From the NCBI RefSeq assembly GCF_000175255.2, contig NC_017262.1, forward strand, positions 1,110,001-1,142,000: a stretch of 32,000 nt of DNA, written 5' to 3'. This document shows positions 25,197-32,000 of the stretch, in pieces. The translations under genes and the position numbers were made by a program. The number at the start of each line of letters is the position of its first letter. Position 1 is the stretch's first letter. Source of the DNA: Zymomonas mobilis subsp. mobilis ATCC 10988. GTDB taxonomy: Bacteria; Pseudomonadota; Alphaproteobacteria; Sphingomonadales; Sphingomonadaceae. Below the pieces are notes generated by a model, which did not search any database, was not told the DNA's origin, and saw nothing but the letters and a program-made list of their open reading frames with translations.

Positions 25197-26069
25197 TTAT
25201 TTCCCGATTAAAGGCAGTTCTTCGAGCATATTCTTTAAATTAAGCGCATCCCATGGGAGATGTTCGGCAATAGTTAAACCCACCGCCTTGGAAATAGAGG
25301 CCGCTTGATTAGCCAATTTTACGACATCTGGTATGTTTAATTTGCCTTCTGCGACATCCCCGAAATCATGCTGTCCTCGACCCGGTTTAGCAAAAAGAAC
25401 AGATCTGAAATTATGGGGATCCAATACATCCAAGTCTATATGGATGGCCAGATATTCGATTTTTTCATTCTTGATCCAGTCTAAAACGGGTTGAGCGCCA
25501 GACCTTACCTGTTCTGGAGAGCAAGTTTGAATTTTATGCTCGGAAATAAAATTTGCTTCATAGGGGAGCGGGTCATGTATGCCCGCAATCATAATTTTTT
25601 GTGGAGATACTGGGTGTTTAACCGTTCTGGTAAAATCAGAATCGCCATTACCCATCAATTCCCCAAGCACATGGGCATGCGCATTTTTATATTCCTTGGG
25701 CGTTTGAACATCTGGATGTGAATCGATCCAAAGAATCCCTAACTTATCTTTATATTTTTCAAGAAGCCATGAGAAGGGTGCTAAAGAAACAAGGCAATCA
25801 CCGCCTAAGACAACTAGAGAATCTGGTGTGTGCTTTTCGATCAACTGCCGCGCTTTTGATAGCTGATCTATTAAAATTGACCGCCCAACAATGCCATTTT
25901 CTTCTTGCAGCGGTTCTCCTGTTGGTTTTGGAACAGGCACTTCTTCAACCGCGCCTTTGGGATCAGGCGATAACCACGCCAAAAGCTGCGAACCCAAATA
26001 GTAAGGGGGATTATCACCACCTTGCCATTGCGGGAAAATGAGTCTCAACGGTTTATTAATACTACTCAT
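25197..26069 (-). CDS. Arginase/ureohydrolase-fold protein, divergent subfamily (substrate unknown)
   Basis: Motifs LGGDCLVS (canonical GGDHS), WIDSHPD (DxHxD), IHIDLDVLDP (DxDxxDP) and TIAEHLP. ATG 26069 has a GGAG SD at 7 nt. ATG 26075 (the track start) is the alternative. Confidence 0.8.
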   Translation of the reverse strand: MSSINKPLRLIFPQWQGGDNPPYYLGSQLLAWLSPDPKGAVEEVPVPKPTGEPLQEENGIVGRSILIDQLSKARQLIEKHTPDSLVVLGGDCLVSLAPFSWLLEKYKDKLGILWIDSHPDVQTPKEYKNAHAHVLGELMGNGDSDFTRTVKHPVSPQKIMIAGIHDPLPYEANFISEHKIQTCSPEQVRSGAQPVLDWIKNEKIEYLAIHIDLDVLDPHNFRSVLFAKPGRGQHDFGDVAEGKLNIPDVVKLANQAASISKAVGLTIAEHLPWDALNLKNMLEELPLIGK

Positions 26070-26158
26070 TACCATGCTCCAAAGAGTATCAACCCAGCTC
26101 TTAATCTAGGCGATAATCTATGGCTTAAATAGGCACAGTCGATGACTCTAAAGCTGCA

Positions 26159-26178
26159 GGCGTTAACGGGCGTTAATG
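26159..26178. repeat. Tandem 10-bp direct repeat GGCGTTAAcG / GGCGTTAAtG upstream of the arginase-fold gene
   Basis: Read directly: 26159-26168 and 26169-26178 differ at one base. The repeat lies about 85-110 bp upstream of the minus-strand start. Function unknown. Confidence 0.5.
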
Positions 26179-26336
26179 TAAATGATTTTTTGAAAAGATT
26201 TTATATTATTATTTTTTCTGTCGTCGTTTTTGAAAAAATTATTTAAGATTAACACGTATTTTTAATATATTTGTTTATAACAATAAAATTTTGTTAAATC
26301 AAAATATCCATTAAGAAGATAGCTTGTCTCGGACTG

Positions 26337-26375
26337 TAAAATTTACCGCCTTCCAAATATGGAAAGCGGTAAAAG
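26337..26375 (-). terminator. Rho-independent terminator after gmk
   Basis: On the minus strand: TTTACCGCTTTCC-atattt-GGAAGGCGGTAAA (13 pairs including one U-G) followed by TTTTAC. It lies 33 nt after the gmk stop. Confidence 0.8.
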
Positions 26376-26405
26376 GATAATATCAGAATATTATACGAGA
26401 TGTTT

Positions 26406-27056
26406 TTAATCTTCGGGTGGTGCCAATAATTTGCGGGTAAAGCCAATAAGGCCGATTTGGCGGCGTCTTTTAATTCTTTCGACCGTCAAAATGTTTTTCA
26501 CCTGTTTGACACATTCATCCATGTCATCATTGATCAAAACATAATCATAGCCATCCCAATGGCTTATCTCGCTTGCAGCGCGCGCCATTCTTTTTTGGAT
26601 AACTTCTTCGGAATCGGTTCCCCGACCTCTTAACCGGCGTTCCAGTTCTTCAAAAGAAGGGGGAAGAATATAAACGCGTATCGTATCGCCGCTGGCCTGT
26701 TGCCAGAGCTGTTGCGCGCCTTGCCAGTCGATATCAAAGAGGACATCTTGGCCTTTGTGAAGCATTTCTTCAACAGGGGCGCGGGGCGTACCATAGCGAT
26801 TATCAAAAACATGCGCCCATTCCAAAAGCTGGTTCTCGGCGACCATCTTTTTAAAAGTCGGGACATCGACGAAATGATAATCTACTCCGTCAACTTCCCC
26901 TGGTCGTTTGGGACGCGTTGTAACAGAAACTGACAGATGAATTTCATCATCTTCGGCCAGTATTCTACGGGCGATAGTGGACTTACCTGCACCTGAGGGT
27001 GAGGATATAACAAAAAGAAGTCCACGGCGGGCTAGTCGAAAATTAGCTGAAGGCAT
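26406..27056 (-). CDS. gmk: Guanylate kinase
   Basis: P-loop SSPSGAGKST, TTRPKRPGEVDGVDYHFV, and the lid region RLRGRGTDSEE. Confidence 0.95.
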   Translation of the reverse strand: MPSANFRLARRGLLFVISSPSGAGKSTIARRILAEDDEIHLSVSVTTRPKRPGEVDGVDYHFVDVPTFKKMVAENQLLEWAHVFDNRYGTPRAPVEEMLHKGQDVLFDIDWQGAQQLWQQASGDTIRVYILPPSFEELERRLRGRGTDSEEVIQKRMARAASEISHWDGYDYVLINDDMDECVKQVKNILTVERIKRRRQIGLIGFTRKLLAPPED

Positions 27057-27140
27057 GGGAACCTTTTGCCCAAGCAGGGATGAAGGTCAAGGGGCTAAGA
27101 TAAGAATAATCCCGAAATAGAATATAATAGAAAGCCGCTT

Positions 27141-27178
27141 AAAAGAATAAAGGGCGTATTCTTTCGAATGCACCCTTT
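27141..27178 (-). terminator. Probable terminator after the Gly-zipper gene
   Basis: On the minus strand: AAAGGGTG, a 14-nt loop, then CGCCCTTT (one U-G), followed by ATTCTTTT. Confidence 0.45.
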
Positions 27179-27209
27179 TTGAAAAACAGGTCTTGTCAGG
27201 ACAATAGGC

Positions 27210-27653
27210 TTAACGGCAGCGAATTTTATTCCGGTCAATCTGACGTCCGATAAGAGCGCCGCCGCCAGCACCCAGAAGCGTGCCGATAGTTTTTGACCCA
27301 CCCGGTGCGATAACGTCGCCCAGCAAGCCGCCGCCAAGAGCGCCAATGATCGTTCCGGTCGTACCATCAGAACGATGGCAATAATAGCGGCCATCATTAC
27401 CGCGATAAATGCGATCATTGGGGCCTAAACGGCCATCCCGATATCCGCCACGACGTCCGCCGCCGCGATAATAACCACCGTCACGGCCACCATCGCGATA
27501 GCCACCCCGATCGCCTCTATCCCAATTGCCACCGCGACCATCGTCACGATCGCCATAATAATTGGGCGGGGGTGATCCACCCGGAGGTTGTGCCTGCACT
27601 GCTGCAATAGGTGCCATCAAAATGAGTGCCAGAGCAAACGATAACCGTTTCAC
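27210..27653 (-). CDS. Secreted Arg/Gly/Asp/Tyr-rich protein with C-terminal glycine-zipper (17-kDa-antigen-like) domain
   Basis: Sec signal KRLSFALALILMAPIAAVQA. It has an RGG/DGG low-complexity region and the Gly zipper IIGALGGGLLGDVIAPGGSKTIGTLLGAGGGALIG. GTG 27653 has a GAGAGGA SD about 7 nt upstream. The track start 27686 is probably too long. Confidence 0.75.
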   Translation of the reverse strand: MKRLSFALALILMAPIAAVQAQPPGGSPPPNYYGDRDDGRGGNWDRGDRGGYRDGGRDGGYYRGGGRRGGYRDGRLGPNDRIYRGNDGRYYCHRSDGTTGTIIGALGGGLLGDVIAPGGSKTIGTLLGAGGGALIGRQIDRNKIRCR

Positions 27654-27781
27654 TGTTTTGTCCTCTCGCTTGAAATCAAGCATCACAATAAAATGATGTG
27701 TTGTTAGCCTGTTTCTATCAATTAGAATATGAGCGTAGCATTAAGAATTTAAACAGCTAATTGAAATCTTTGTTTCCGATC

Positions 27782-28180
27782 TCAACAAAAAATCAGCAGG
27801 ATTTGTCCCAACAAGCCGATAATACCAATCGCCCAGACGATGCTGCGTAAATAAGGCACACCAAAAGCATAAAGCGGTAAATATGTCAGGCGGGAGGCCA
27901 CATATAATTCGGCGCTTAATTCACTATAATAGCCGTTATGCCCCAAATAGAGGTTGGCTAATAAGGCTGCTATAAACAAGGGGAGGGTTTCAAACAGATT
28001 CGCTTGCGCCCGACTTAAGCGACCCGCCATAGGGGAAAGAGGGGGAAGCGCTTCATCTCTGGCACCTACATTCCATTTATAGCCATATTGGCGCGTCTTG
28101 AAATGAGCCGTTAGAAAAATTTGTAACAAAGCCAACAACAACACTATGCCGAGAAGATAAAATTCGGGCGGCTTGGTCAT
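27782..28180 (-). CDS. MAPEG family membrane protein
   Basis: 132 aa with four hydrophobic helices. The central RAQANLFETLPLFIA block is typical of bacterial MAPEG proteins. Confidence 0.8.
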   Translation of the reverse strand: MTKPPEFYLLGIVLLLALLQIFLTAHFKTRQYGYKWNVGARDEALPPLSPMAGRLSRAQANLFETLPLFIAALLANLYLGHNGYYSELSAELYVASRLTYLPLYAFGVPYLRSIVWAIGIIGLLGQILLIFC

Positions 28181-28282
28181 AAAAAATCCCTTTATATTGT
28201 AGCGGTTAATCGTCTTTTGCTATGCTGCCAGAAATCTTATTCAGAATAAGCGGTTCTAAAAACTCATAATTCCGCCATAACC

Positions 28283-28295
28283 GATGATTATCATC
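28283..28295. promoter_or_regulatory. Perfect palindrome GATGAT-T-ATCATC (Fur-box-like 6-1-6) upstream of the small membrane ORF
   Basis: Read directly. It resembles GATAAT-N-ATTATC with one change per arm and lies about 42 nt upstream of ATG 28337. Function is inferred. Confidence 0.25.
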
Positions 28296-28336
28296 AGCGA
28301 CCTTAACACGAATATAGACAGGATTAGATTAGAGTC

Positions 28337-28558
28337 ATGGCCAATATCATTTCGGTAATCATTGGTTTTCTGTCCCTTATTTCGGTAGCGGTTGCCTTTC
28401 TGCCTTTCGTGGGATGGCTGAACTGGATTATCATTCCGTTGCCGGTCATTGGCTTGGCCATTGGATGCTTATCCCGAGAAATAAGTGGTCGTCGTATCAA
28501 TATATTGGCTATTTTATTAGGTTTTTTTCGCCTTATTATCGGCGGCGGCATTTTCTAA
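28337..28558 (+). CDS. Small hydrophobic membrane protein (73 aa, hypothetical)
   Basis: Two to three predicted TM helices (IISVIIGFLSLISVAVAFLPFVGWLNWIIIPLPVIGLAIG, ILAILLGFFRLIIGGGIF). The mirror ORF on the minus strand is highly basic, as expected for the antisense of hydrophobic codons. Confidence 0.55.
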   Translation: MANIISVIIGFLSLISVAVAFLPFVGWLNWIIIPLPVIGLAIGCLSREISGRRINILAILLGFFRLIIGGGIF

Positions 28559-28812
28559 CGCCTGTTTTCCACCTTATGCGATCAATGGTAGAAATATATC
28601 CTGCTTGAGAGGGCGGGAGAGACTGCCTTTCTCTGGCTAATTTTTGCCAATCATTCTATAAATCCCGTCATTTCAGATTGTCTTTCAAGGATATCTATGC
28701 CTTTCCCTTCTAGAGCCGAAATAGCCGATCAGCGGTATCGGATGTTGCTGTTTCGGAATTTGTCTTCCGATATTTTATTCTGTTTGCCCGTTATTGTGGA
28801 AGGGGAAGGTCG

Positions 28813-29937
28813 ATGAGCGATAATGTCCGTAACTTTGTGGTTGATGATGACGATGATGGTATCCGCCTTGACCGTTGGTTTCAGCGTCATTTGCCAGATA
28901 CCGGTTTCGCGAGAATAGCGCGCTGGACAAGAACCGGACAGATCCGCCTTGATGGTCGTCGCGCTACCCCCGGATCAAGAGTTATGGCGGGTCAATCCAT
29001 CCGCGTCCCACCGGCTGAACCGAATTTGCAGGATAATCGTCCGACCAAGCCTTCCAGACCCGAATTGACGGAAGCTGAAATCGAATTTGCCCAGTCCTTG
29101 GTTATTCATCGCGATAAAGCGGCAATCGTGGTCAATAAACCCGCCGGTCTGGCGACCCAAGGTGGCACAAAAACCCATTACCATCTTGATGGTTTGTTGG
29201 ATGCTTTGCAGTTTGAAGCGCCGTCTCGTCCCAAATTAGTCCATCGTTTGGACAAGGACACGTCCGGCGTTTTGCTGTTAGCCCGTTCCGCTAATAATGC
29301 CGGTTATTTTTCCAAAGCCTTTTCAGGGCGGACGGCGCATAAAGTCTATTGGGCTTTGGTTGTCGGTGTGCCTTCGATTACCGAAGGTTTGATTGATTTG
29401 CCTTTGGCTCGTCAGCCCGGAAGCGGCGGCGAAAAAATGCATGTCGATGAAGAAAATGGCGCGACGGCAAAAACCCTTTATCGCGTGATCGAACGGGCAG
29501 GGAATGCCGCCTGTTGGTTAGAGTTGCAGCCTTTAACAGGCCGCACCCATCAGTTGCGCGCTCATCTCTCGGCTATTGGCTTTCCTATTGTTGGTGATGG
29601 TAAATATGGCGGGAAAGAAGCCTTCTTGACCGGAGGCGTCAGCCGTAAAATGCATCTTCATGCCAGAAGATTGGTTATCCCGCATCCTGATGGTTCCAAT
29701 TTGGATGTCCATGCCGATTTACCAGAGCATTTCCTCGAAAGTATGAGCTTGCTCGGTTTCGATTTAGAAAATGGCTATGATCGTCCGCTTGGTGGCGAAA
29801 AGGTCATTGATAAAGAAGCCGAAAAAATTGCAGAGGGTCGCCGCGCCCGTGATCGCCGCCGTGCCAGAAAAGGCGAAAGGCGGAATCGTTCTTCCCAGAA
29901 ACCTTCTGCACCAAGGGGGCGAGATCGGAAACGGTGA
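28813..29937 (+). CDS. rluC: RluA-family 23S rRNA pseudouridine synthase (RluC-like) with basic C-terminal tail
   Basis: S4-like N-terminus (GIRLDRWFQRHL), catalytic HRLDKDTSGVLLLA, the TGRTHQLRAH motif and an Arg/Lys-rich tail. A purine-rich SD GGGGAAGG lies upstream. Confidence 0.88.
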   Translation: MSDNVRNFVVDDDDDGIRLDRWFQRHLPDTGFARIARWTRTGQIRLDGRRATPGSRVMAGQSIRVPPAEPNLQDNRPTKPSRPELTEAEIEFAQSLVIHRDKAAIVVNKPAGLATQGGTKTHYHLDGLLDALQFEAPSRPKLVHRLDKDTSGVLLLARSANNAGYFSKAFSGRTAHKVYWALVVGVPSITEGLIDLPLARQPGSGGEKMHVDEENGATAKTLYRVIERAGNAACWLELQPLTGRTHQLRAHLSAIGFPIVGDGKYGGKEAFLTGGVSRKMHLHARRLVIPHPDGSNLDVHADLPEHFLESMSLLGFDLENGYDRPLGGEKVIDKEAEKIAEGRRARDRRRARKGERRNRSSQKPSAPRGRDRKR

Positions 29938-30046
29938 TTTGTCGTCCTTTTTCTGGTCTTAGCTTGTCATTTTGCTTATGCTGCCAAGCCGCAGCATAGC
30001 ATTGCGTCATCCATCCTACCGGCAATAGCAAAAGAAGTGTGGTAGT

Positions 30047-30337
30047 GTGATTCCTAAAAATGCCTACAATCGGATTGCCAAGCAATTGGATCAAGCCGGA
30101 GAAAATAGCCGACAATGGGAAGAAAGTTCTTTCGATATTGTAAAGGCTAGCCGACGGCGGATGTTTATTATGTCTGCCTGTCGGGTTGTGGGCGCGTTAT
30201 TACTGACTTTTGCTATTTTGCTCTTACAGATGCCTCGTTTCTTTCCGTGGGACCAGCGGTGGCTGGATGCTATGGTTGTTATCAGTTTTATCATTATGCT
30301 GATCCCTCAAATTTTGATCAGATGGCAAAAGCCATAA
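30047..30337 (+). CDS. Hypothetical small membrane protein (96 aa from GTG; possibly shorter from ATG 30161)
   Basis: Two hydrophobic helices (ACRVVGALLLTFAILLL and AMVVISFIIMLIPQILI). It fills an otherwise 426-nt gap between rluC and the ATP12 gene. No recognisable family and only a weak SD. Confidence 0.4.
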   Translation: MIPKNAYNRIAKQLDQAGENSRQWEESSFDIVKASRRRMFIMSACRVVGALLLTFAILLLQMPRFFPWDQRWLDAMVVISFIIMLIPQILIRWQKP

Positions 30338-30363
30338 ATTGAAAAGAGACAAGTTTTTCTGCC

Positions 30364-31068
30364 ATGAAAAGAAAACGTTTTTATAAAAAAGCCACTGTCG
30401 ATAAAGCTGAAATAGGCTTTGCTGCGAAATTGGATGACCGTCAGATCATGACTCCGGCAAGACACCCTTTAATTTTGCCGACTCGTGCTTTGGCAGAGGC
30501 TGTCGCCGAAGAATGGAACAATCAACCGAAAGAAATTGATCTCGCTTCGATGCCGATAACCGGCTATGCCAATGCTGCCGTTGATCTGGTGCCTGATCGC
30601 TATGATGATTTTGTTGCTGGTATTCGCCAATTTGCTGAAAGCGATGTGACTTGTTACCGTGCCGACAGCCCTCAGGCCTTGGTTGATCGAGAAATCGAAT
30701 TATGGGAACCTTTGTTGGAATGGGCGGAAAAGCGCTTTGATATCCATTTCCATCGGGTGGTTGGTATTATCCATAAAAAGCAGCCTGAAGTGACTTTGCA
30801 GCGGATTGGTGCAGCCGTTACAGATTTCAATCATTTTGAAATCGTCGCTTTGACACAACTGGCAACTATTTCAGGCTCTTTGGTTATTCCACTTGCTATA
30901 CTGGCAGATGAAATTACACCTGAGAAAGCTTTTGATGCCGCCCATATCGACGAAATATGGCAGGCAGAACAATGGGGGCAGGATGAAGTCGCGGCCAACG
31001 CCCTTAAACGTCGTCGTCGTGACTTTTTAGCTGCTGCCCGTTTTTTCAGCCTGGTAAATACAAACTAA
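30364..31068 (+). CDS. ATP12 family F1-ATPase assembly chaperone
   Basis: KRFYKKATV...LDDRQIMTPARHPLILPTRALAEAVAEEW is the ATP12 N-terminal signature. 234 aa. Confidence 0.85.
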   Translation: MKRKRFYKKATVDKAEIGFAAKLDDRQIMTPARHPLILPTRALAEAVAEEWNNQPKEIDLASMPITGYANAAVDLVPDRYDDFVAGIRQFAESDVTCYRADSPQALVDREIELWEPLLEWAEKRFDIHFHRVVGIIHKKQPEVTLQRIGAAVTDFNHFEIVALTQLATISGSLVIPLAILADEITPEKAFDAAHIDEIWQAEQWGQDEVAANALKRRRRDFLAAARFFSLVNTN

Positions 31069-31096
31069 CGGTCAAAGAACCGGATATTAAGGAAGG

Positions 31097-31741
31097 ATGT
31101 CTGAAATGACAGGGCAGAAATCATGGGCTTTTTTAGCTCAAAATGATTTGGGAGAAGGGGGCGCCCCTTTAGCTTTAATTTTTGATTGTGATGGCACCTT
31201 ACTCAATAGTTTGCCGGTATATGAACGGGCTTGGGTCGCTATCTGGGGTGAACTGGGCTATTCAATGGAACATAGCTGGTATCAGCCAAGATCCGGCTTT
31301 TCTGAAGACAATCTGATAACCGCTTTTGAAGAAAAAGTCGGTCAGAAATTCGACCACAAGGCGATATCTGACAAGATGAAGACCTATTATCTTGCCAATA
31401 TACAGCATGTTGTCGAGATTACGCCTGTCGCAGATATTGCCCGCAATGCTTATGGAAAATTCCCGATGGCGGTTGCGTCTTGTGCGCCCCGTAGTTTGTT
31501 GCTGGAAGGCTTGAAAATAACAGGTTTGTTTGACCTGTTTGATACTATTCTTTCTGTCGATGATATCGGCGTGCCGAAACCTGCCCCTGATATTTTCTTG
31601 AAGGCAGCTGAAAGATTAGGTGTAGAAGCCGAGCATTGTCTGGTTTTTGAAGATAGTGTGACCGGATTTGAAGCGGCGAAGCGCGCTCATATGCCGGTTA
31701 TTGATGTGACTCCTTTGATTGCCTCGAATCAAAAAGATTAA
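31097..31741 (+). CDS. HAD-superfamily hydrolase (subfamily IA phosphatase)
   Basis: Motif I LIFDCDGTLLNS, motif III/IV KPAPDIF...VFEDSVTGFEAA. ATG 31106 is an alternative start. Confidence 0.8.
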   Translation: MSEMTGQKSWAFLAQNDLGEGGAPLALIFDCDGTLLNSLPVYERAWVAIWGELGYSMEHSWYQPRSGFSEDNLITAFEEKVGQKFDHKAISDKMKTYYLANIQHVVEITPVADIARNAYGKFPMAVASCAPRSLLLEGLKITGLFDLFDTILSVDDIGVPKPAPDIFLKAAERLGVEAEHCLVFEDSVTGFEAAKRAHMPVIDVTPLIASNQKD

Positions 31742-31771
31742 AGCATTTCATCCCGCATTATTTTTAAATGC

Positions 31772-31804
31772 AAAAAAGGCCATGAATCTCATGGCCTTTT
31801 TTTT
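31772..31804. terminator. Bidirectional Rho-independent terminator between the HAD gene and the convergent nrdB-like gene
   Basis: A6, then GGCCATGA-atc-TCATGGCC, then T8. Confidence 0.88.
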
Positions 31805-31824
31805 GTAGATTTTATCTGTCTGTT

Positions 31825-32000
31825 TTACGCTGGGAATAGCCCGCTTTCGTCTTTTTCGTTTGCCGTTGCCTCTATATTGGATTGAGCATCACGGCGTTGG
31901 TCAAAGGCACCCCAAACCTCATTCCAGTCGCCTTTGGTCGCGGCTTTGGAATATTCAGTCGAGCGAGTTTCAAAGAAATTGGCATGTTCAACGCCATTCA
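31825..32000 (-). CDS. nrdB: 3' end of a ribonucleotide reductase small (beta) subunit-like gene (partial, start outside window)
   Basis: This is not in the supplied ORF track because no start codon lies in the window. Hand translation gives 58 open codons ending in TAA at 31825-31827: NGVEHANFFETRSTEYSKAATKGDWNEVWGAFDQRRDAQSNIEATANEKDESGLFPA. The NFFE.R..EY block resembles the conserved C-terminal region of class I R2 proteins. Confidence 0.55.
   Translation of the reverse strand, partial: NGVEHANFFETRSTEYSKAATKGDWNEVWGAFDQRRDAQSNIEATANEKDESGLFPA

Noticed and set aside
26190-26300. dif-like resemblance (TTTGTTAAAT) in the AT-rich region upstream of the arginase-fold gene.
   Set aside because: Only the terminal few bases resemble a XerD arm. 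The central region and the XerC arm are absent.
25197-26405. Horizontal acquisition of the arginase-fold gene.
   Set aside because: The only evidence is a modest G+C difference in single hand-counted samples (44% against 52%) and AT-rich flanks, which are common to all spacers here. There is no tRNA, repeat or integrase boundary.
27095-27607. ORFs at 27095-27418 and 27425-27607 (minus strand) overlapping the Gly-zipper gene and its terminator.
   Set aside because: They are alternative frames of a repetitive GC-rich RGG-coding segment. The annotated frame has a signal peptide, a good SD and the Gly-zipper domain.
28324-28551. A 75-aa minus-strand ORF mirroring the small membrane ORF at 28337-28558.
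   Set aside because: It is a highly basic, Pro-rich sequence, as expected for the antisense of hydrophobic codons. The plus-strand reading gives coherent TM helices. Neither is proven, so only the plus ORF is listed, at moderate confidence.

Overview
This 32-kb window looks like core chromosome of an alphaproteobacterium. The gene content, the hisC-tyrC pair with a 293-aa TyrC, moderate G+C and very AT-rich spacers remind me of Zymomonas mobilis (Sphingomonadales), but that is recollection, not a search result. I support 35 protein-coding genes, two of them cut by the window edges. In order they are: clpA, an ABC-2 permease, gcrA, argD-argF, hslO, parE, a MarC-family gene, a minus-strand zitP-like/yggT pair divergent from ftsE-ftsX-DUF218-plsC, hisC-tyrC, a full suf operon (Rrf2 regulator-sufBCDS-sufT-sufA), a HAD nucleotidase, dapD, a divergent arginase-fold gene, gmk, a Gly-zipper secreted protein, a MAPEG gene, two small membrane ORFs, rluC, an ATP12 chaperone, a HAD hydrolase, and an nrdB-like 3' end that is missing from the ORF track. 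I found no rRNA, tRNA, CRISPR array, transposase, integrase or defence-island hallmark, and no convincing new multi-gene system. The best leads are non-coding or small. (1) The structured gcrA-argD spacer has the layout of a leader-peptide attenuator with tandem AGA-AGG arginine codons; it could equally be a 3'-UTR sRNA. (2) A division/envelope supercluster sits around a ZitP-like zinc-ribbon/DUF3426 protein. (3) An arginase-fold protein carries Cys in place of the first metal-ligand His. (4) A 567-bp spacer of roughly 15-20% G+C lies upstream of the suf operon and contains an IscR-type palindrome. (5) There are small ORFs and perfect palindromes around 28.2-28.8 kb. All hairpin and motif coordinates were counted by hand and may be off by 1-2 nt. 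All homology calls rest on recognised motifs, not database searches.
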